Below are positions 63,449 to 64,000 of a DNA stretch of 64,000 bases, one piece after another. The position numbers were made by a program, and so were the translations under genes. The stretch comes from Malacoraja senta. Its lineage: Eukaryota. Each line of letters opens with the position of its first letter. Position 1 is the first letter of the stretch. Under the pieces are notes generated by a model. That model saw only the letters and a program-made list of their open reading frames with translations. It searched no databases and was not told the origin of the DNA. The stretch is taken from positions 124,001 to 188,000 of the forward strand of contig JAXLNO010002777.1 in the NCBI GenBank assembly GCA_038087875.1, in the 5' to 3' direction.

Positions 63449-63614
63449 GTGCTGGCTGCAGGCGGATCCTTGCAGACCCTGGCCACCGAGGAGCATCCGA
63501 TGGGAGCAGACGGGATGTACGACAAACTGCGGATGTTGAACGTGCAGCCGGGAAGCTGGGGCGCCCGGTCGGGCTGGTACCAGGGAGGCTCCATGGCAGG
63601 GCAAGCCGCTGCAG
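63449..63614 (+). CDS. PAX10: Pax6-family exon homologous to Pax6 exon 7; probable first coding exon of paired-less Pax10 (Pax6.2), ATG at 63500
   Basis: ttag|[55 protein letters not shown]|gtaagg versus Pax6 [55 protein letters not shown]. Same 166-bp length and 0/1 phases. Pax6-family identity is strong; the Pax10 assignment comes from divergence, absence of paired exons and RCN3 linkage. Confidence 0.82.
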
Positions 63615-64000
63615 GTAAGGGTCTACACTGGTCCCGTTCAGAGATACGGCAGATTGGGGGGGAACAGGCCCTTCGGCCCACTGAGTCCGTGCTGGCCACC
63701 GATCGCCCATTCACACTTATACCACTTTTGCACACACTCCAGGGCCAATTAACCTACAAACCTGCACGTCTTTGGATGTGGGAGGAAACCGGAGCACCCG
63801 GAGGAAACGGGGGGAACGTGTAAACTCCACACAGGCAGCACTCAAGGTCAGGGTCGAACCCAGGTCTGTGGCACTGTGAGGCAGCAGCCTTACTGATTCT
63901 GGAGGAGGCATTGGGCTGGGCAAACTTGGACATGAATGATCCAATGTCCTCTGCTGCCTTTACTGGACTTTACCTTACAGTAAACGTTATTCCCCTTATC

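Noticed and set aside
63449-63823. 124-aa ORF as a single-exon protein, or canonical Pax6
   Set aside because: Homology stops at the GT donor (63615) and the rest is SINE. The divergence and loss of SSINR are not compatible with the highly conserved Pax6 ortholog.

Overview
Eukaryotic (vertebrate) genomic DNA, very probably a cartilaginous fish such as a skate or ray. This is inferred from its V-SINE, CR1, Penelope and Rex1 repeat complement, not from a search. Three spliced genes can be read. (1) The 5' half of a CREC-family reticulocalbin gene on the minus strand, best matching RCN3: coding exons 7427-7201, 4930-4737 and 884-703, continuing off the left edge. (2) A complete 10-coding-exon FBXO47 meiotic F-box gene on the plus strand, 13321-36027, about 455 aa, head-to-head with RCN3 across a CpG-rich promoter. 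That promoter contains six ~52-bp units, each with a GC/E2F6-like box and a CCAAT box. (3) The start of a Pax6-family gene on the plus strand: a 166-bp exon equivalent to Pax6 exon 7 (63449-63614, [14 protein letters not shown]...). It has a decayed paired-domain tail, no paired-box exons visible upstream, and a likely homologue of the Pax6 alpha/neuroretina enhancer at about 48.9 kb, so it is most likely the paired-less Pax10 (Pax6.2). Inside an FBXO47 intron lies a near-intact Passport-like Tc1 transposon whose right terminus is replaced by (CCCTAA)9, consistent with telomerase healing of a transposase break. Many short Penelope-derived elements carry a hammerhead-ribozyme-like core, often as inverted pairs with target-site duplications. 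There are two assembly gaps (50314-50675 and 62565-62896). Gene and family identities rest on my recollection of reference sequences; no database search was run.
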